DNA of 64,000 nucleotides from Nitrospirota bacterium. GTDB lineage: Bacteria; Nitrospirota; Thermodesulfovibrionia; Thermodesulfovibrionales; Dissulfurispiraceae. The notes beneath the pieces were generated by a model. The model had not been told where the DNA came from, did no database searches, and was given only the letters and a program-made list of their open reading frames with translations. The position numbers and the translations under genes are program-made. The stretch spans positions 96,001-160,000 of the forward strand of contig JBFMCP010000002.1 in NCBI GenBank assembly GCA_040754455.1, in the 5' to 3' direction. Position 1 is the stretch's first letter, and each line of letters opens with the position of its first letter. Shown one piece after another: positions 36,625 through 47,133 of this stretch.

Positions 36625-36894
36625 CTATTTTCTGAGCCCGAGCTTCTCAACGACCGTATCATAACGACCCTTGTCGGAGGTCTTGAGATAGTTGAGCAGC
36701 TTCCTACGCTGGGCAACAAGCTTCAAGAGCCCTCTCCGCGAGTGATGGTCTTTTGCATGGGTTTTAAAATGCTCGGTAAGATACGTTATTCTCTCGGTGA
36801 GGAGCGCTATCTGTACCTCAGGTGAACCTGTGTCATGATCATGAACTTTGTAGCTCTCGATGATCTTCTTCTTTTTTTCCGTGTCAAGTGACAT
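36625..36894 (-). CDS. rpsO: 30S ribosomal protein S15
   Basis: [22 protein letters not shown]; 89 aa. Confidence 0.98.
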   Translation of the reverse strand: MSLDTEKKKKIIESYKVHDHDTGSPEVQIALLTERITYLTEHFKTHAKDHHSRRGLLKLVAQRRKLLNYLKTSDKGRYDTVVEKLGLRK

Positions 36895-37226
36895 TGTTAG
36901 TATCACCACCTTTCTTTACCTTTCTTTTCGTTGCTGTGTTCAAGACAAATGAGAGCACTCGCTCAGCAGTGCTCTTTCAGGATGTCAAAAAAATATTTTA
37001 TGTTAATAGGTTAGCATACATCAAGGCCTGCTGTAAAGATTTTTGAGCGTATCATCATGGTCATGTCTGGAGAATGATATTCCTTTCAACGAGGTAACGC
37101 GACCGACCGGTCATTATAAAAAATTTTAAGACGCTGATAAAAGCGTAGATTTGCGTGTTCCAAGATGGTATTTTTAACCATATATGTACCTGCGGGTCAG
37201 CGTAGGAAAGAGGGTTTTCAACGGGG

Positions 37227-37829
37227 ATGGACATTGTATTAGCTACAAGGAACAGAAAAAAGGCGGAAGAGCTCAGCAGGATTCTTGGTGACCTCGACGT
37301 GAGGATATTGACGCTCGATGATTTCCCCTCCTGTCCGGAAGTGATTGAGGACAGAGATACCTTTGAGGGGAATGCGGTCAAGAAGGCCGCAGCGATTGCG
37401 CAGTGTACCGGCACTATGGCGGTTGCCGATGATTCAGGGCTGGAGGTTGCCGTCCTGAACGGCGCTCCCGGGGTTCTGTCGGCGCGCTATGCGGGTGAAC
37501 ATGCAGATGACGCCGCCAACCTCGAAAAGCTGCTCGGCGAGATGCAGAACGTACCTGACGGGCAGCGGGGGGCGCGGTTTGTTTGCTGTATCGCCTTTGC
37601 CGCTCCGGCTTCAGGAGAGGAAGGGGTCAAAACATTTTTCGGCTTTGTTGAGGGGACCATCGGAAGGGAGCCGAAAGGGCAGAGGGGGTTTGGCTATGAC
37701 CCGGTCTTTTATCCTGAAGGGCACGACAGGACTTTTGCCGAGATGGGGCCGGAAGAAAAAGATACGTTAAGCCATCGGAGACGGGCGCTTGAGCAGCTTA
37801 AAAGCTATTTAAAAGAATTCGTTAGATAA
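37227..37829 (+). CDS. rdgB: XTP/dITP diphosphatase
   Basis: ADDSGL, APGVLSARYAG, GFGYDPVF, SHR. Confidence 0.95.
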   Translation: MDIVLATRNRKKAEELSRILGDLDVRILTLDDFPSCPEVIEDRDTFEGNAVKKAAAIAQCTGTMAVADDSGLEVAVLNGAPGVLSARYAGEHADDAANLEKLLGEMQNVPDGQRGARFVCCIAFAAPASGEEGVKTFFGFVEGTIGREPKGQRGFGYDPVFYPEGHDRTFAEMGPEEKDTLSHRRRALEQLKSYLKEFVR

Positions 37830-37940
37830 ATATAAAGAATTTTAATGTGCGAATTATAATTTTAAAATTGCTTTAACGCCGGACATCTATTATCTTTAAT
37901 AGTATTGTCCTTTTTTTAAAAAAATTTAGGGAGGTACTCT

Positions 37941-38588
37941 ATGAGAATCGTTCTTCTTGGTGCACCGGGAGCAGGAAAAGGTACCCAGGCAAAGAAAATT
38001 ATCGAAAAATACCCTATTCCGCAGATTTCGACCGGTGATTTGCTGAGAGCCGCCGTTGCTGCAGGAACAGCCCTCGGCAAAGAGGCCAAATCATATATGG
38101 ATAAAGGTGAATTGGTCCCCGACAGCGTGGTACTCGGCATGGTGCAGGAGCGGCTCAAGCAGGATGATTGCAAAAAAGGATATATCCTTGACGGTTTCCC
38201 GAGGAACACCAAGCAGGCGGAGGCCTTGGACGGTATGCTTGCTTCAATGAATATGCCGCTCACCGCAGCCCTCAGTGTCGATGTTCCGTTTGATGACCTT
38301 ATGAAACGCCTTACCGGCAGGAGGACCTGCAAGTCCTGCGGGCAGATGTACAATGTATACTTCAATGCCCCCAAAAAGGAGGGCGTCTGTGACAAGTGCG
38401 GCGGCGAGCTTTTCCAGAGGGATGACGATAAGGAAGCAACGATCAAGAAGAGGCTCGAAGTGTACAACGCGCAGACGGCGCCGCTCATCGATTACTACGG
38501 CAAGAAGGGTATTCTGAAATCCGTTTCAGGAACCGGCAGCATCGATGACATATTCGGCAAGGTGTGCAGCGCGCTCGGGCTTAAATAG
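37941..38588 (+). CDS. adk: Adenylate kinase (Zn-lid type)
   Basis: GAPGAGKGTQ, LDGFPR, CxxC...CxxC lid. Confidence 0.97.
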   Translation: MRIVLLGAPGAGKGTQAKKIIEKYPIPQISTGDLLRAAVAAGTALGKEAKSYMDKGELVPDSVVLGMVQERLKQDDCKKGYILDGFPRNTKQAEALDGMLASMNMPLTAALSVDVPFDDLMKRLTGRRTCKSCGQMYNVYFNAPKKEGVCDKCGGELFQRDDDKEATIKKRLEVYNAQTAPLIDYYGKKGILKSVSGTGSIDDIFGKVCSALGLK

Positions 38589-38642
38589 GACATTCAGGTT
38601 GGGTCTTGAAATAGAGCTAAAACCAAACAGGAGGAAATACGT

Positions 38643-39836
38643 ATGATTAAACCACATGGTTCAGACAAACTGAATCCGCTCTTTGTGTATGACACGGCTG
38701 AAAATGAAGCCCTGCAGAAAGAGGCTCAGGGTCTGAAGTCTATTGTTGTGAGCTCGGCTACTGCAGCGAATGCGGTTATGCTGGGCGGCGGCTACTTCAC
38801 CCCTTTAACAGGCTATATGAATAAAGCGGATGCCCTTTCTGTTGCGAAAAACATGAAAACGACATCCGGCTTGTTCTGGCCTGTTCCGATTTTGAACCTC
38901 GTTAAGGATGCGGGCTCGATCAAGGCGGGCGATCGTATTGCGCTGAAGGATCCGAACGTTGAAGGCAATCCTGTGCTGGCGGTTATGGATGTGAAGGCGG
39001 TTGAAGAATTCAGCGATGAGGAAATGGCGGTGATGTCGAAAGAGATCTTCCGTCCTCGTCCCGGGGAGGCACATCCCGGTGTTGAAGTGTTCAACGCTCA
39101 GGGGAAGGTGTGTCTGTCAGGTCCGATTAAAGTGTTGAACTTCTCATATTTCCAGGATGAGTTCCCCGACACCTTCCGTACCGCAGTCGAAATCCGCAAC
39201 GAAATCGCTGAGCGCGGCTGGAAGAAGGTTGTTGCGTTCCAGACCCGTAATCCGATGCATCTGGCGCACGAAGAGCTTTGCCATATGGCAATGGAGCGCC
39301 TGGGGTGCGACGGACTGGTTATTCACATGCTGCTCGGCAAATTGAAAAAGGGTGATATCCCGGCACCGGTTCGTGATGCGGCGATCCGTAAAATGGTTGA
39401 ACTCTACTTCCCTCAAAATAGTGTAATGGTCACCGGTTACGGTTTCGATATGTTGTATGCCGGCCCGAAAGAAGCGGTGCTGCACGCTGTGTTCCGTCAG
39501 AATATGGGTGCAACCCACTTCATTGTTGGGCGCGACCATGCCGGTGTCGGCGATCACTATGGTGCTTTCGATGCGCAGAAGATCTTCGACGAGGAAGTGC
39601 CTGCCGGCGCGCTGCAAATCGAAATCTTCAAGGCTGACCACACTGCATACTCGAAGAAGCTGAACAAAGTGGTGATGATGTGCGAGGCGCCTGATCATAA
39701 AAAGGAAGACTTTGTTCTTCTTTCCGGTACAAAGGTCCGCGAAATGTTAAGTCAGGGTATTGCACCGCCTAAAGAATTTTCGCGCCCCGAAGTGGCTGAA
39801 ATTCTGATCAAGTATTATCAGAGCCTTGGAAAATAA
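38643..39836 (+). CDS. sat: Sulfate adenylyltransferase
   Basis: AFQTRNPMH, GRDHAGVG, SGTKVR. Confidence 0.97.
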   Translation: MIKPHGSDKLNPLFVYDTAENEALQKEAQGLKSIVVSSATAANAVMLGGGYFTPLTGYMNKADALSVAKNMKTTSGLFWPVPILNLVKDAGSIKAGDRIALKDPNVEGNPVLAVMDVKAVEEFSDEEMAVMSKEIFRPRPGEAHPGVEVFNAQGKVCLSGPIKVLNFSYFQDEFPDTFRTAVEIRNEIAERGWKKVVAFQTRNPMHLAHEELCHMAMERLGCDGLVIHMLLGKLKKGDIPAPVRDAAIRKMVELYFPQNSVMVTGYGFDMLYAGPKEAVLHAVFRQNMGATHFIVGRDHAGVGDHYGAFDAQKIFDEEVPAGALQIEIFKADHTAYSKKLNKVVMMCEAPDHKKEDFVLLSGTKVREMLSQGIAPPKEFSRPEVAEILIKYYQSLGK

Positions 39837-40015
39837 ATCCTTCGTTTAGGGTACTTTGCAATGACGTGTTTCAGATTAAAAACTCCGACGATATGCATGA
39901 AAGGGGGTGCGAGTAAGTCTTACGGCAAAGGATAAGCAGTAAAGGTTGGGAATGCTTAAGAGGCAAAAGGTAATGAAGAGCTCACAAAACAAACCAAAAA
40001 AGGAGGTTGCATTTT

Positions 40016-40447
40016 ATGCCGAGCTATGTAATTACGGAAAAGTGTGACGGATGCAAGGCGCAGGACAAGACCGCCTGCCAGTACATCTGCCCGAACGACC
40101 TCATGACCCTCAACAGGGACATCATGAAGGCCTACAACCAGGAGCCTGATCAGTGCTGGGAGTGCTACAACTGCGTGAAGATCTGCCCTCAGCAGGCGAT
40201 CGAGGTAAGAGGCTACCAGGACTTCAACCCGCTTGGTGGTAACGTCATCCCTATGAGAGGCACCGACTCCATCATGTGGACGATCAAGTTCAGAAACGGG
40301 TCTCTCAAGAGATTCAAGTTCCCCATCAGGACGACCCCAGAAGGTTCTATCGATCCTTACAAAGGGAAGCCGGAGCCCGATTATTCGAAGTTGAAGTCGC
40401 CTGGCTACTTCAACTATGAAGCCAGAAAATCTGCGCAGATAAAATAA
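40016..40447 (+). CDS. aprB: Adenylylsulfate reductase beta subunit
   Basis: CDGC...CQYICP, CWECYNCVKICPQ, KRFKFPIRTTPEGS. Confidence 0.97.
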   Translation: MPSYVITEKCDGCKAQDKTACQYICPNDLMTLNRDIMKAYNQEPDQCWECYNCVKICPQQAIEVRGYQDFNPLGGNVIPMRGTDSIMWTIKFRNGSLKRFKFPIRTTPEGSIDPYKGKPEPDYSKLKSPGYFNYEARKSAQIK

Positions 40448-40465
40448 TAAAGGAGGGACGATAGA

Positions 40466-42445
40466 ATGGAAAAAGAAACCTGTAATTTTTCATACTGTGC
40501 GAAGCCCGAAATTGTTGAGATAGAGACCGATCTTCTTCTCATCGGCGGCGGCATGGCCTGCTGCGGCGCAGCATACGAGGCAGCCCGCTGGGCGACCCCG
40601 AAGGGCATAAGGGTCACCATGGTCGACAAGGCAGCTACCGACAGAAGCGGTGCGGTTGCGATGGGCCTTTCAGCTATCAATACCTACTGCGGTGAGAACG
40701 ATCCCGCAGATTACGTTAAATATGTACGCGCCGACCTGATGGGCATCATCAGGGAAGACCTTGTCTTCGACCTCGGCAGGCACGTCGACAATTCCGTCCA
40801 TCTCTTTGAGGAGTGGGGTCTCCCGATCTGGAAAAAGGCTGATGACGGCTTCTCCCTCGACGGCTTCCAGGCAAGAGACCAAGGAAAGGCTATGCTGAAG
40901 GACGGCGGAACGCCTGTCCGTTCCGGTAAGTGGCAGATTATGATCAACGGTGAGTCCTATAAGGTCATCGTTGCTGAGGCTGCCAAGAAGGCCCTTGAGT
41001 ACAACAGGCAGGCAACCGGCGTTCCACAGAACCACTTCGAGAGAGTCTTCATCGTGAAGCTCATTCACGATGCTAATGATCCGAAGAGGGTTGCAGCAGC
41101 AGCCGGCTTCAGCGTCAGGGAGAACAAGGTTTACATCTTCAAGGCGAAGGCGATGATCAATGCTTCCGGCGGCGCCGTCAACGTCTTCAGGCCGAGATCG
41201 ACCAAAGAAGGTCAGGGTAGGGCATGGTATCCGGTGTGGAACTCCGGTTCTGGATATGCTCTCGGCATGCAGGCCGGTGCTGAGCTCACAATGATGGAGA
41301 ACAGGTTCGTGCCCGCAAGATTTAAAGATGGTTATGGTCCGGTCGGCGCATGGTTCCTCTTCTTCAAGGCAAAGGCAACCAACTCCTATGGCGAGGACTA
41401 CTGCGCAACGCATCTCGAAGAGACCAAGAAGCTTTACAGCCCCTATGCCGAGAAGCTCGGCACCGCGATTAGAAACCACATGATGATGCTCGACATGAAG
41501 GCCGGCAAGGGCCCGATCCTCATGAATACACATACCGCCATGCAGGAGCTCGCAAAGACCATGGACGCCAAGAGGATCAAACACCTAGAGGCAGAGGCAT
41601 GGGAAGACTTCCTCGATATGTGTATCGGCCAGGCAGGCCTCTGGGCTTGTAAGAACGTTGAGCCCGACAAGGAGCCGTCAGAAATCATGCCGACCGAGCC
41701 GTATCTCCTCGGCTCGCACGCAGGCTGCGCAGGCTTCTGGTGCAGCGGCCCCGGCGATATACCGGGCACTCCTGAGCACTACTCCTGGGGCTACAACAGA
41801 ATGTCCACGGTACCGGGCCTCTTCATGGCTGGCGACATCTGCGGCGCATCAGGCCACAAATTCTCCTCGGGATCCCACGCCGAAGGCAGACTTGCTGCTA
41901 AAGGTGCAATCGCCTTCCTCCTTGACCATGCTGATTACAAGCCGACGATCAAGGAGACCCCTGACCAGATCGCTGCAGAGCTCTATCTGCCGTTTGAGGT
42001 CTACGAGAAGTACAAGACCTTCTCGACCGACCCGAGCATGAACCCGCACTATATCAGGCCGAACATGCTCCAGGCACGGCTCCAGAAGATCGCTGACGAG
42101 TACTTCGGCGGCATCTCGACTTGGTACATGACCTCAAAGACCATGCTCGAAGAAGGCTTGAAACAGCTCGAGCTGCTCAAGGAAGACGCTTCCAAGAGCG
42201 CGGCAAGCAATCTCCACGAACTCATGAGGGCGTGGGAGAACTTCCACAGAATCCTCTCGGTCGAGGCGCATGCACGCCACATCCTCTTCAGGGAAGAGTC
42301 CAGATACCCTGGCTACTACTACAGAGGCGACTTCCTCGCCATCAATGACAAGGACTGGAAGTGCTTCGTCAACTCCAAATATGATGCAGCAACCAACACC
42401 TGGGAGCTCAGGAAAGTTCCTTACGTCCAGATGTTTGCTGACTAA
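40466..42445 (+). CDS. aprA: Adenylylsulfate reductase alpha subunit
   Basis: RSGAVAMGLSAINTY, WQIMINGE, GHKFSSGS. Confidence 0.98.
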   Translation: MEKETCNFSYCAKPEIVEIETDLLLIGGGMACCGAAYEAARWATPKGIRVTMVDKAATDRSGAVAMGLSAINTYCGENDPADYVKYVRADLMGIIREDLVFDLGRHVDNSVHLFEEWGLPIWKKADDGFSLDGFQARDQGKAMLKDGGTPVRSGKWQIMINGESYKVIVAEAAKKALEYNRQATGVPQNHFERVFIVKLIHDANDPKRVAAAAGFSVRENKVYIFKAKAMINASGGAVNVFRPRSTKEGQGRAWYPVWNSGSGYALGMQAGAELTMMENRFVPARFKDGYGPVGAWFLFFKAKATNSYGEDYCATHLEETKKLYSPYAEKLGTAIRNHMMMLDMKAGKGPILMNTHTAMQELAKTMDAKRIKHLEAEAWEDFLDMCIGQAGLWACKNVEPDKEPSEIMPTEPYLLGSHAGCAGFWCSGPGDIPGTPEHYSWGYNRMSTVPGLFMAGDICGASGHKFSSGSHAEGRLAAKGAIAFLLDHADYKPTIKETPDQIAAELYLPFEVYEKYKTFSTDPSMNPHYIRPNMLQARLQKIADEYFGGISTWYMTSKTMLEEGLKQLELLKEDASKSAASNLHELMRAWENFHRILSVEAHARHILFREESRYPGYYYRGDFLAINDKDWKCFVNSKYDAATNTWELRKVPYVQMFAD

Positions 42446-42455
42446 TTAACCTCAT

Positions 42456-42483
42456 AAAGGGAGGGGCTCCAGCCCCTCCCTTT
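42456..42483. terminator. Intrinsic terminator after aprA
   Basis: AAAGGGAGGGGCT-CC-AGCCCCTCCCTTT. Confidence 0.75.
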
Positions 42484-42592
42484 AACCACTTATGTGCGAT
42501 AGTTTATAATGTACGGCGGGTAAGTTAGACTTGCCGGTCATACATTATAAACTACCTAACCGCGATGAACTCGCAATAAAGGAGGAAGCAGT

Positions 42593-43852
42593 ATGTCAGA
42601 ACAAAATACCAAACAGACCAATCGCATATTAGTGATTGGCGGCGGCTTCAGCGGTCTGACCACGGCAGTCGATGCAGCGGAGACGGGCGCCGAAGTGATC
42701 GTGATAGAAAAGAACCCTTATCTGGGCGGACGGGTTGCGCAGCTCAATAAATATTTCCCGAAGCTCTGTCCTCCGATCTGCGGGCTCGAGCTGAACTTCA
42801 GAAGACTTAAGACCAACCCGCTGATCAGTTTCTACACTATGGCTGAAGTAGAGAGCGTATCCGGCGGCCCTGGCGATTACACGGTGACGGTGAAGCTCAA
42901 TCCCCGCTATGTCAACGATAATTGTGTGGCCTGTAATGCCTGCGCAGAGGCATGCCCGGCCGAACGTCCGAACGAGTATAACTTTGGCATGGACACCACC
43001 AAGGCTGCATACCTTCCTTTCAACCAGGCATTCCCCCAGAAGTATGTGATTGACGGTGCTTACTGCAAGGGAGACTGTGGGAAGGCTTGTGAGGCAGCTT
43101 GTAAATACAACGCCATCGACTTAGGTATGAAGCCTGAAACCATGAATATCAAGGTGAATTCCATCGTGACCGCAACAGGCTGGAATCCATACGACGCGAA
43201 CAAGCTTGATATCCTCGGCTTCGGCACTGTGAAAAATGTGATTACCAACATGATGATGGAGCGGCTCGCTTCCCCGACCGGACCGACGGGCGGCAAGATC
43301 GTACGGCCTTCCGACGGAAAACCGGTACAGAATATCGTGTTCGTGCAGTGCGCAGGGAGCAGGGATGAGAACCATCTCCCCTTCTGTTCCTATATATGCT
43401 GCCTGGCCTCTCTGAAGCAGACAACCTATATAAGAGAGCAGAATCCTGAATCAAAGGCCCGCATCTTCTATATTGACATCAGGACCCCCGGCAAATACGA
43501 AAAGTTCTTCTGGAAGGTAAAGGACGACCCGAATGTCACCCTCACCAAAGGAAAGGTCGCCAAGATCACCCAGGCAGAAGGCTCTGATGACGTGGTCGTC
43601 GAGGCGGAAGACATGCAGACCGGCGACAAGATCAAGGTCCGGGCCGATCTGGTCGTTCTCGCTACTGGCATGGAGCCTGCGGGGGCACGCAAGCAGATCG
43701 GCGGATTGACTTATACGGACGAAGGCTTTTCAGTATCGACGCAGGGGGTTCACGCTGCTGGATGTTGCAAAAACCCCATGGATGTTGCCAGGTCGGCACA
43801 GGATGCGACGAGTGCGGTGCTGAAGGCAATCAATACAGGACAGGGGAGGTAA
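42593..43852 (+). CDS. qmoA: QmoA (HdrA-like flavoprotein)
   Basis: GGGFSG, YFPKLCPP.CG, QCAGSRD; follows aprBA. Confidence 0.93.
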   Translation: MSEQNTKQTNRILVIGGGFSGLTTAVDAAETGAEVIVIEKNPYLGGRVAQLNKYFPKLCPPICGLELNFRRLKTNPLISFYTMAEVESVSGGPGDYTVTVKLNPRYVNDNCVACNACAEACPAERPNEYNFGMDTTKAAYLPFNQAFPQKYVIDGAYCKGDCGKACEAACKYNAIDLGMKPETMNIKVNSIVTATGWNPYDANKLDILGFGTVKNVITNMMMERLASPTGPTGGKIVRPSDGKPVQNIVFVQCAGSRDENHLPFCSYICCLASLKQTTYIREQNPESKARIFYIDIRTPGKYEKFFWKVKDDPNVTLTKGKVAKITQAEGSDDVVVEAEDMQTGDKIKVRADLVVLATGMEPAGARKQIGGLTYTDEGFSVSTQGVHAAGCCKNPMDVARSAQDATSAVLKAINTGQGR

Positions 43853-43859
43853 CTAAACA

Positions 43860-46001
43860 ATGGATAAAAATATTGGATTATATATATGCACCGGCTGCTC
43901 CATCGGAGAGGCCGTCGATGTAGAGAAGTGCAGCAATATCGCGAAGAATGCCTTACGGCTTCCGGTGGTCAAGTCCCACTTTGCGCTCTGCGGCAAAGAG
44001 GGTCTCGATCTCATCAATAATGATATCAAGAACGAGGGCGTGAACACCGTCGTTATCGCCGCCTGCTCACCGAGAGTGAAATACGAGGAATTCGACTTTC
44101 CGGGCTGCATCGTCGAGCGCGCCCCGATCAGGGAGCTCGCGGTCTGGTCTCAGGAGCCGGAGCAGGCGCAGCTCGCTGCAGAAGACTATATCAAGATGTC
44201 GGTCATCAAGGCGCAGAAGGGAGATCTTCCCGAGCCGTATCTTATGGAGACCGATAAAACCATTCTTGTTATCGGCGGCGGTATCACCGGAATGACGTCG
44301 GCGCTCAAGGCGGCTGACGCCGGCTACAAGGTCGTGCTTGTCGAAAAAGAGGCCCAGCTCGGCGGCTTCTTGAATAAACTGTACAAGAAGGTGCCGACTG
44401 CAGCAGGTGAGTACAAACGGCCGCTCATCGTCGATGTCGACATCGCGCCGACTATAAAGGCGGTAGAGAGCCATCCAAATATCAAGGTCTATAAATCGGC
44501 AAAGGTCGAAAAGACCGACGGCCAGCCCGGCGCCTACGATGTCACCATTTCATCAAACGGGAGTTCAGAGGTGGTGAAGATCGGCTCGATCGTCCTGGCG
44601 GCGGGATGGAGGCCTTATGATGCGGCAAAGCTCGGGCACCTCGGCTACGGTGTATCGAAAGATGTTGTCACCAATATAGAGTTTGAGGAGATAGCCAGGA
44701 AAGGAAGGATCACGAGGCCCTCGGACGGCAAAGAGGCGAAGAGAGTCGCCTTCATCCAGTGCGCAGGGCAAAGGGATCCGAACCACCTGCCGTACTGCTC
44801 GGCAATGTGCTGCACTACTTCTTTGAAGCAGGCGCAGTATGTGCGGCAGAATCCCGATGCCACGGCAATGATTCTCTATAAAGATATCAGGACCCCGGGC
44901 AATCTTGAGTTCTACTATAAGGCAGCGCAGAATGATCCCGGCGTCATGCTCACCAAGGGCGATGTGACTGCCGTCACCGATGCCGGAAACGGCAATCTCC
45001 ATATTGAGATGGAAAACAGCCTGCTCGGTCCTAAGGTGAAACTCGAGGCTGACCTGGTCGTCCTCGCCACCGGCGTTGTCCCCGCGACCGTGGATGATCC
45101 GATACTGAATCTTCAATACCGTCAGGGACCGGGCCTGCCTGACCTCGATCTTTACGACGGATTCGCTGATTCCAACTTCATCTGTTTCCAATACGAGACC
45201 AGAAGGACCGGCGTCTACGCCGCAGGCTGCGTACGCCAGCCCATGAACATGGCTGAGGCGCAGGAAGACGCCACCGGCGCTGCGCTCAAGGCCATCCAGT
45301 CAGTCGAGCATGTGGCGAAGGGCATTGCGGTGCATCCGAGGGCATGGGATATGACCTATCCCGATCCCTTCATGCAGAGATGTACTGCGTGTAAGAGATG
45401 CACCGAGGAGTGTCCTTTCGGCGCTATCGATGAGGACGAGAAGGGAACACCGTTCTACAAGCCGGGCCGCTGTCGGCGGTGTGCGACCTGTATGGGCGCA
45501 TGTCCAGAAAGAATCGTCTCCTTCAAGGACTACCATGTGGATATGATCGGCTCCATGCTGAAGAACGTTTCGGTCCCTTCTGACGACGATAAACCGAGAA
45601 TCATCGTGCTCGCCTGTGAGAATGACGCTTACCCGGCGATCGACACCGCAGCCTTTAAGCGCGAAAAGATCGATACGGCGGTAAGAATCATACAGCTCAG
45701 ATGTCTGGGCTCGACCAACCTCGTCTGGATCGCCGACGCGCTCTCGAGAGGTGTTGACGGCATGCTGCTCCTCGGCTGCAAGTTCGGCGAGAACTATCAG
45801 TGCCACTTCGCCAAAGGCAGCGAGCTTGCGAACTACCGGCTCGGCAAGGTCCAGGAGACGCTCGGCAGACTGCAGCTTGAGTCGGAGAGGGTCCAGATGG
45901 TCCAGCTCGCGATCGACGAGTATGACAACATATCAAAGATCATCAGCGACTTTGTAGAACGAGTAAAAGAAATAGGCCCCAATCCGTTCAAGGGCTTCTA
46001 G
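43860..46001 (+). CDS. qmoB: QmoB (HdrA-MvhD fusion)
   Basis: ACSPR, FAD motif, ferredoxin motifs, C-terminal CENDAYP/GCKFG.NYQCHF. Confidence 0.94.
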   Translation: MDKNIGLYICTGCSIGEAVDVEKCSNIAKNALRLPVVKSHFALCGKEGLDLINNDIKNEGVNTVVIAACSPRVKYEEFDFPGCIVERAPIRELAVWSQEPEQAQLAAEDYIKMSVIKAQKGDLPEPYLMETDKTILVIGGGITGMTSALKAADAGYKVVLVEKEAQLGGFLNKLYKKVPTAAGEYKRPLIVDVDIAPTIKAVESHPNIKVYKSAKVEKTDGQPGAYDVTISSNGSSEVVKIGSIVLAAGWRPYDAAKLGHLGYGVSKDVVTNIEFEEIARKGRITRPSDGKEAKRVAFIQCAGQRDPNHLPYCSAMCCTTSLKQAQYVRQNPDATAMILYKDIRTPGNLEFYYKAAQNDPGVMLTKGDVTAVTDAGNGNLHIEMENSLLGPKVKLEADLVVLATGVVPATVDDPILNLQYRQGPGLPDLDLYDGFADSNFICFQYETRRTGVYAAGCVRQPMNMAEAQEDATGAALKAIQSVEHVAKGIAVHPRAWDMTYPDPFMQRCTACKRCTEECPFGAIDEDEKGTPFYKPGRCRRCATCMGACPERIVSFKDYHVDMIGSMLKNVSVPSDDDKPRIIVLACENDAYPAIDTAAFKREKIDTAVRIIQLRCLGSTNLVWIADALSRGVDGMLLLGCKFGENYQCHFAKGSELANYRLGKVQETLGRLQLESERVQMVQLAIDEYDNISKIISDFVERVKEIGPNPFKGF

Positions 46002-46013
46002 GAGGAAAGATAT

Positions 46014-47129
46014 ATGTCAGAACAGGTAATAAAGCCGGATTTAAATTTCGTCAAGGACATTATCGCTTCTGGCGGGGAATCGCTCAAGAAGTGCTATCAG
46101 TGCTCGACCTGCACCGTGGTGTGTAATGTCACCCCTGACAGCAAGCCGTTCCCGAGAAAAGAGATGATGTATGCGCAATGGGGACTGAAGGACAAACTCC
46201 TGAGCAACCCCGATGTGTGGCTCTGCCACCAGTGCAGCGACTGCACCGCCTACTGTCCGAGAGGGGCGAAGCCGGGTGAGGTGCTCGGTGCGATAAGAAA
46301 GATGACGATCAGAGAGAACTCTGCACCGGGCTTCCTTGCAACAATGGTCGGCGATCCCAAATTCCTGCTCGTCTTGCTCGCCGTGCCCGTGCTCATTTTC
46401 CTGGGCATCATTACTAAACTGGGGACGATCTCCGAGGTCCCGCGGGGCGAGCATGGCGGCATTGTCTATGCCAACTTCATTCCGGTCCCTTATGTTGATG
46501 CGGTCTTTATCGCTGCTGCCTCGTTTGCCGCAATTTCTTTTGCACTTGGGATAATGAAGTACTGGAAAGCAATGAGCGGTGGTGCGTCGATACAGGGTAA
46601 TCTGGTGGAGAGCATAAAGGCGACCATAGGGGAAATCCTCTCGCACAAACGCTTCGAGAAATGCAACGTTACCAGGGACAGGTCGGTGGCGCACATGCTC
46701 GTCTTTTACGCCTTTGTCGGTCTCGCCATAACCACGACCTGGGCTATTGTGTACCTCTATGGTTTCCATTGGGAATCTCCCTATCCTCTCTACGACCCGA
46801 TGAAGCTCCTCGGCAATGCGAGCGCCCTTGCCCTGCTGACGGGTATCGCCATGGTCACCTCCAACCGTCTGAAGAACGCTGAAAAGGCAGGCAAGGGGAG
46901 CTACTTCGACTGGCTCTTCATCATGGTGATCTTCGCGATCGTGCTTACCGGATTAGGCTCCGAGCTGTTCAGGCTCGCCGATATCCCCGTGCTTGCATAT
47001 CCGACCTACTTTACGCACCTTGTGTTCGTATTCTTCCTCTTTGCGTACGCACCGTTCTCCAAGATGGCGCATATGGTTTACAGAACAACAGCGATGGTTT
47101 TTGCACGTCACACCCAAAGGGAGGGCTAA
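46014..47129 (+). CDS. qmoC: QmoC membrane subunit
   Basis: CYQCSTC...PFPRKEM, WLCHQCSDC...CPRG, TM helices, SKMAH. Confidence 0.94.
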   Translation: MSEQVIKPDLNFVKDIIASGGESLKKCYQCSTCTVVCNVTPDSKPFPRKEMMYAQWGLKDKLLSNPDVWLCHQCSDCTAYCPRGAKPGEVLGAIRKMTIRENSAPGFLATMVGDPKFLLVLLAVPVLIFLGIITKLGTISEVPRGEHGGIVYANFIPVPYVDAVFIAAASFAAISFALGIMKYWKAMSGGASIQGNLVESIKATIGEILSHKRFEKCNVTRDRSVAHMLVFYAFVGLAITTTWAIVYLYGFHWESPYPLYDPMKLLGNASALALLTGIAMVTSNRLKNAEKAGKGSYFDWLFIMVIFAIVLTGLGSELFRLADIPVLAYPTYFTHLVFVFFLFAYAPFSKMAHMVYRTTAMVFARHTQREG

Positions 47130-47133
47130 TGCC

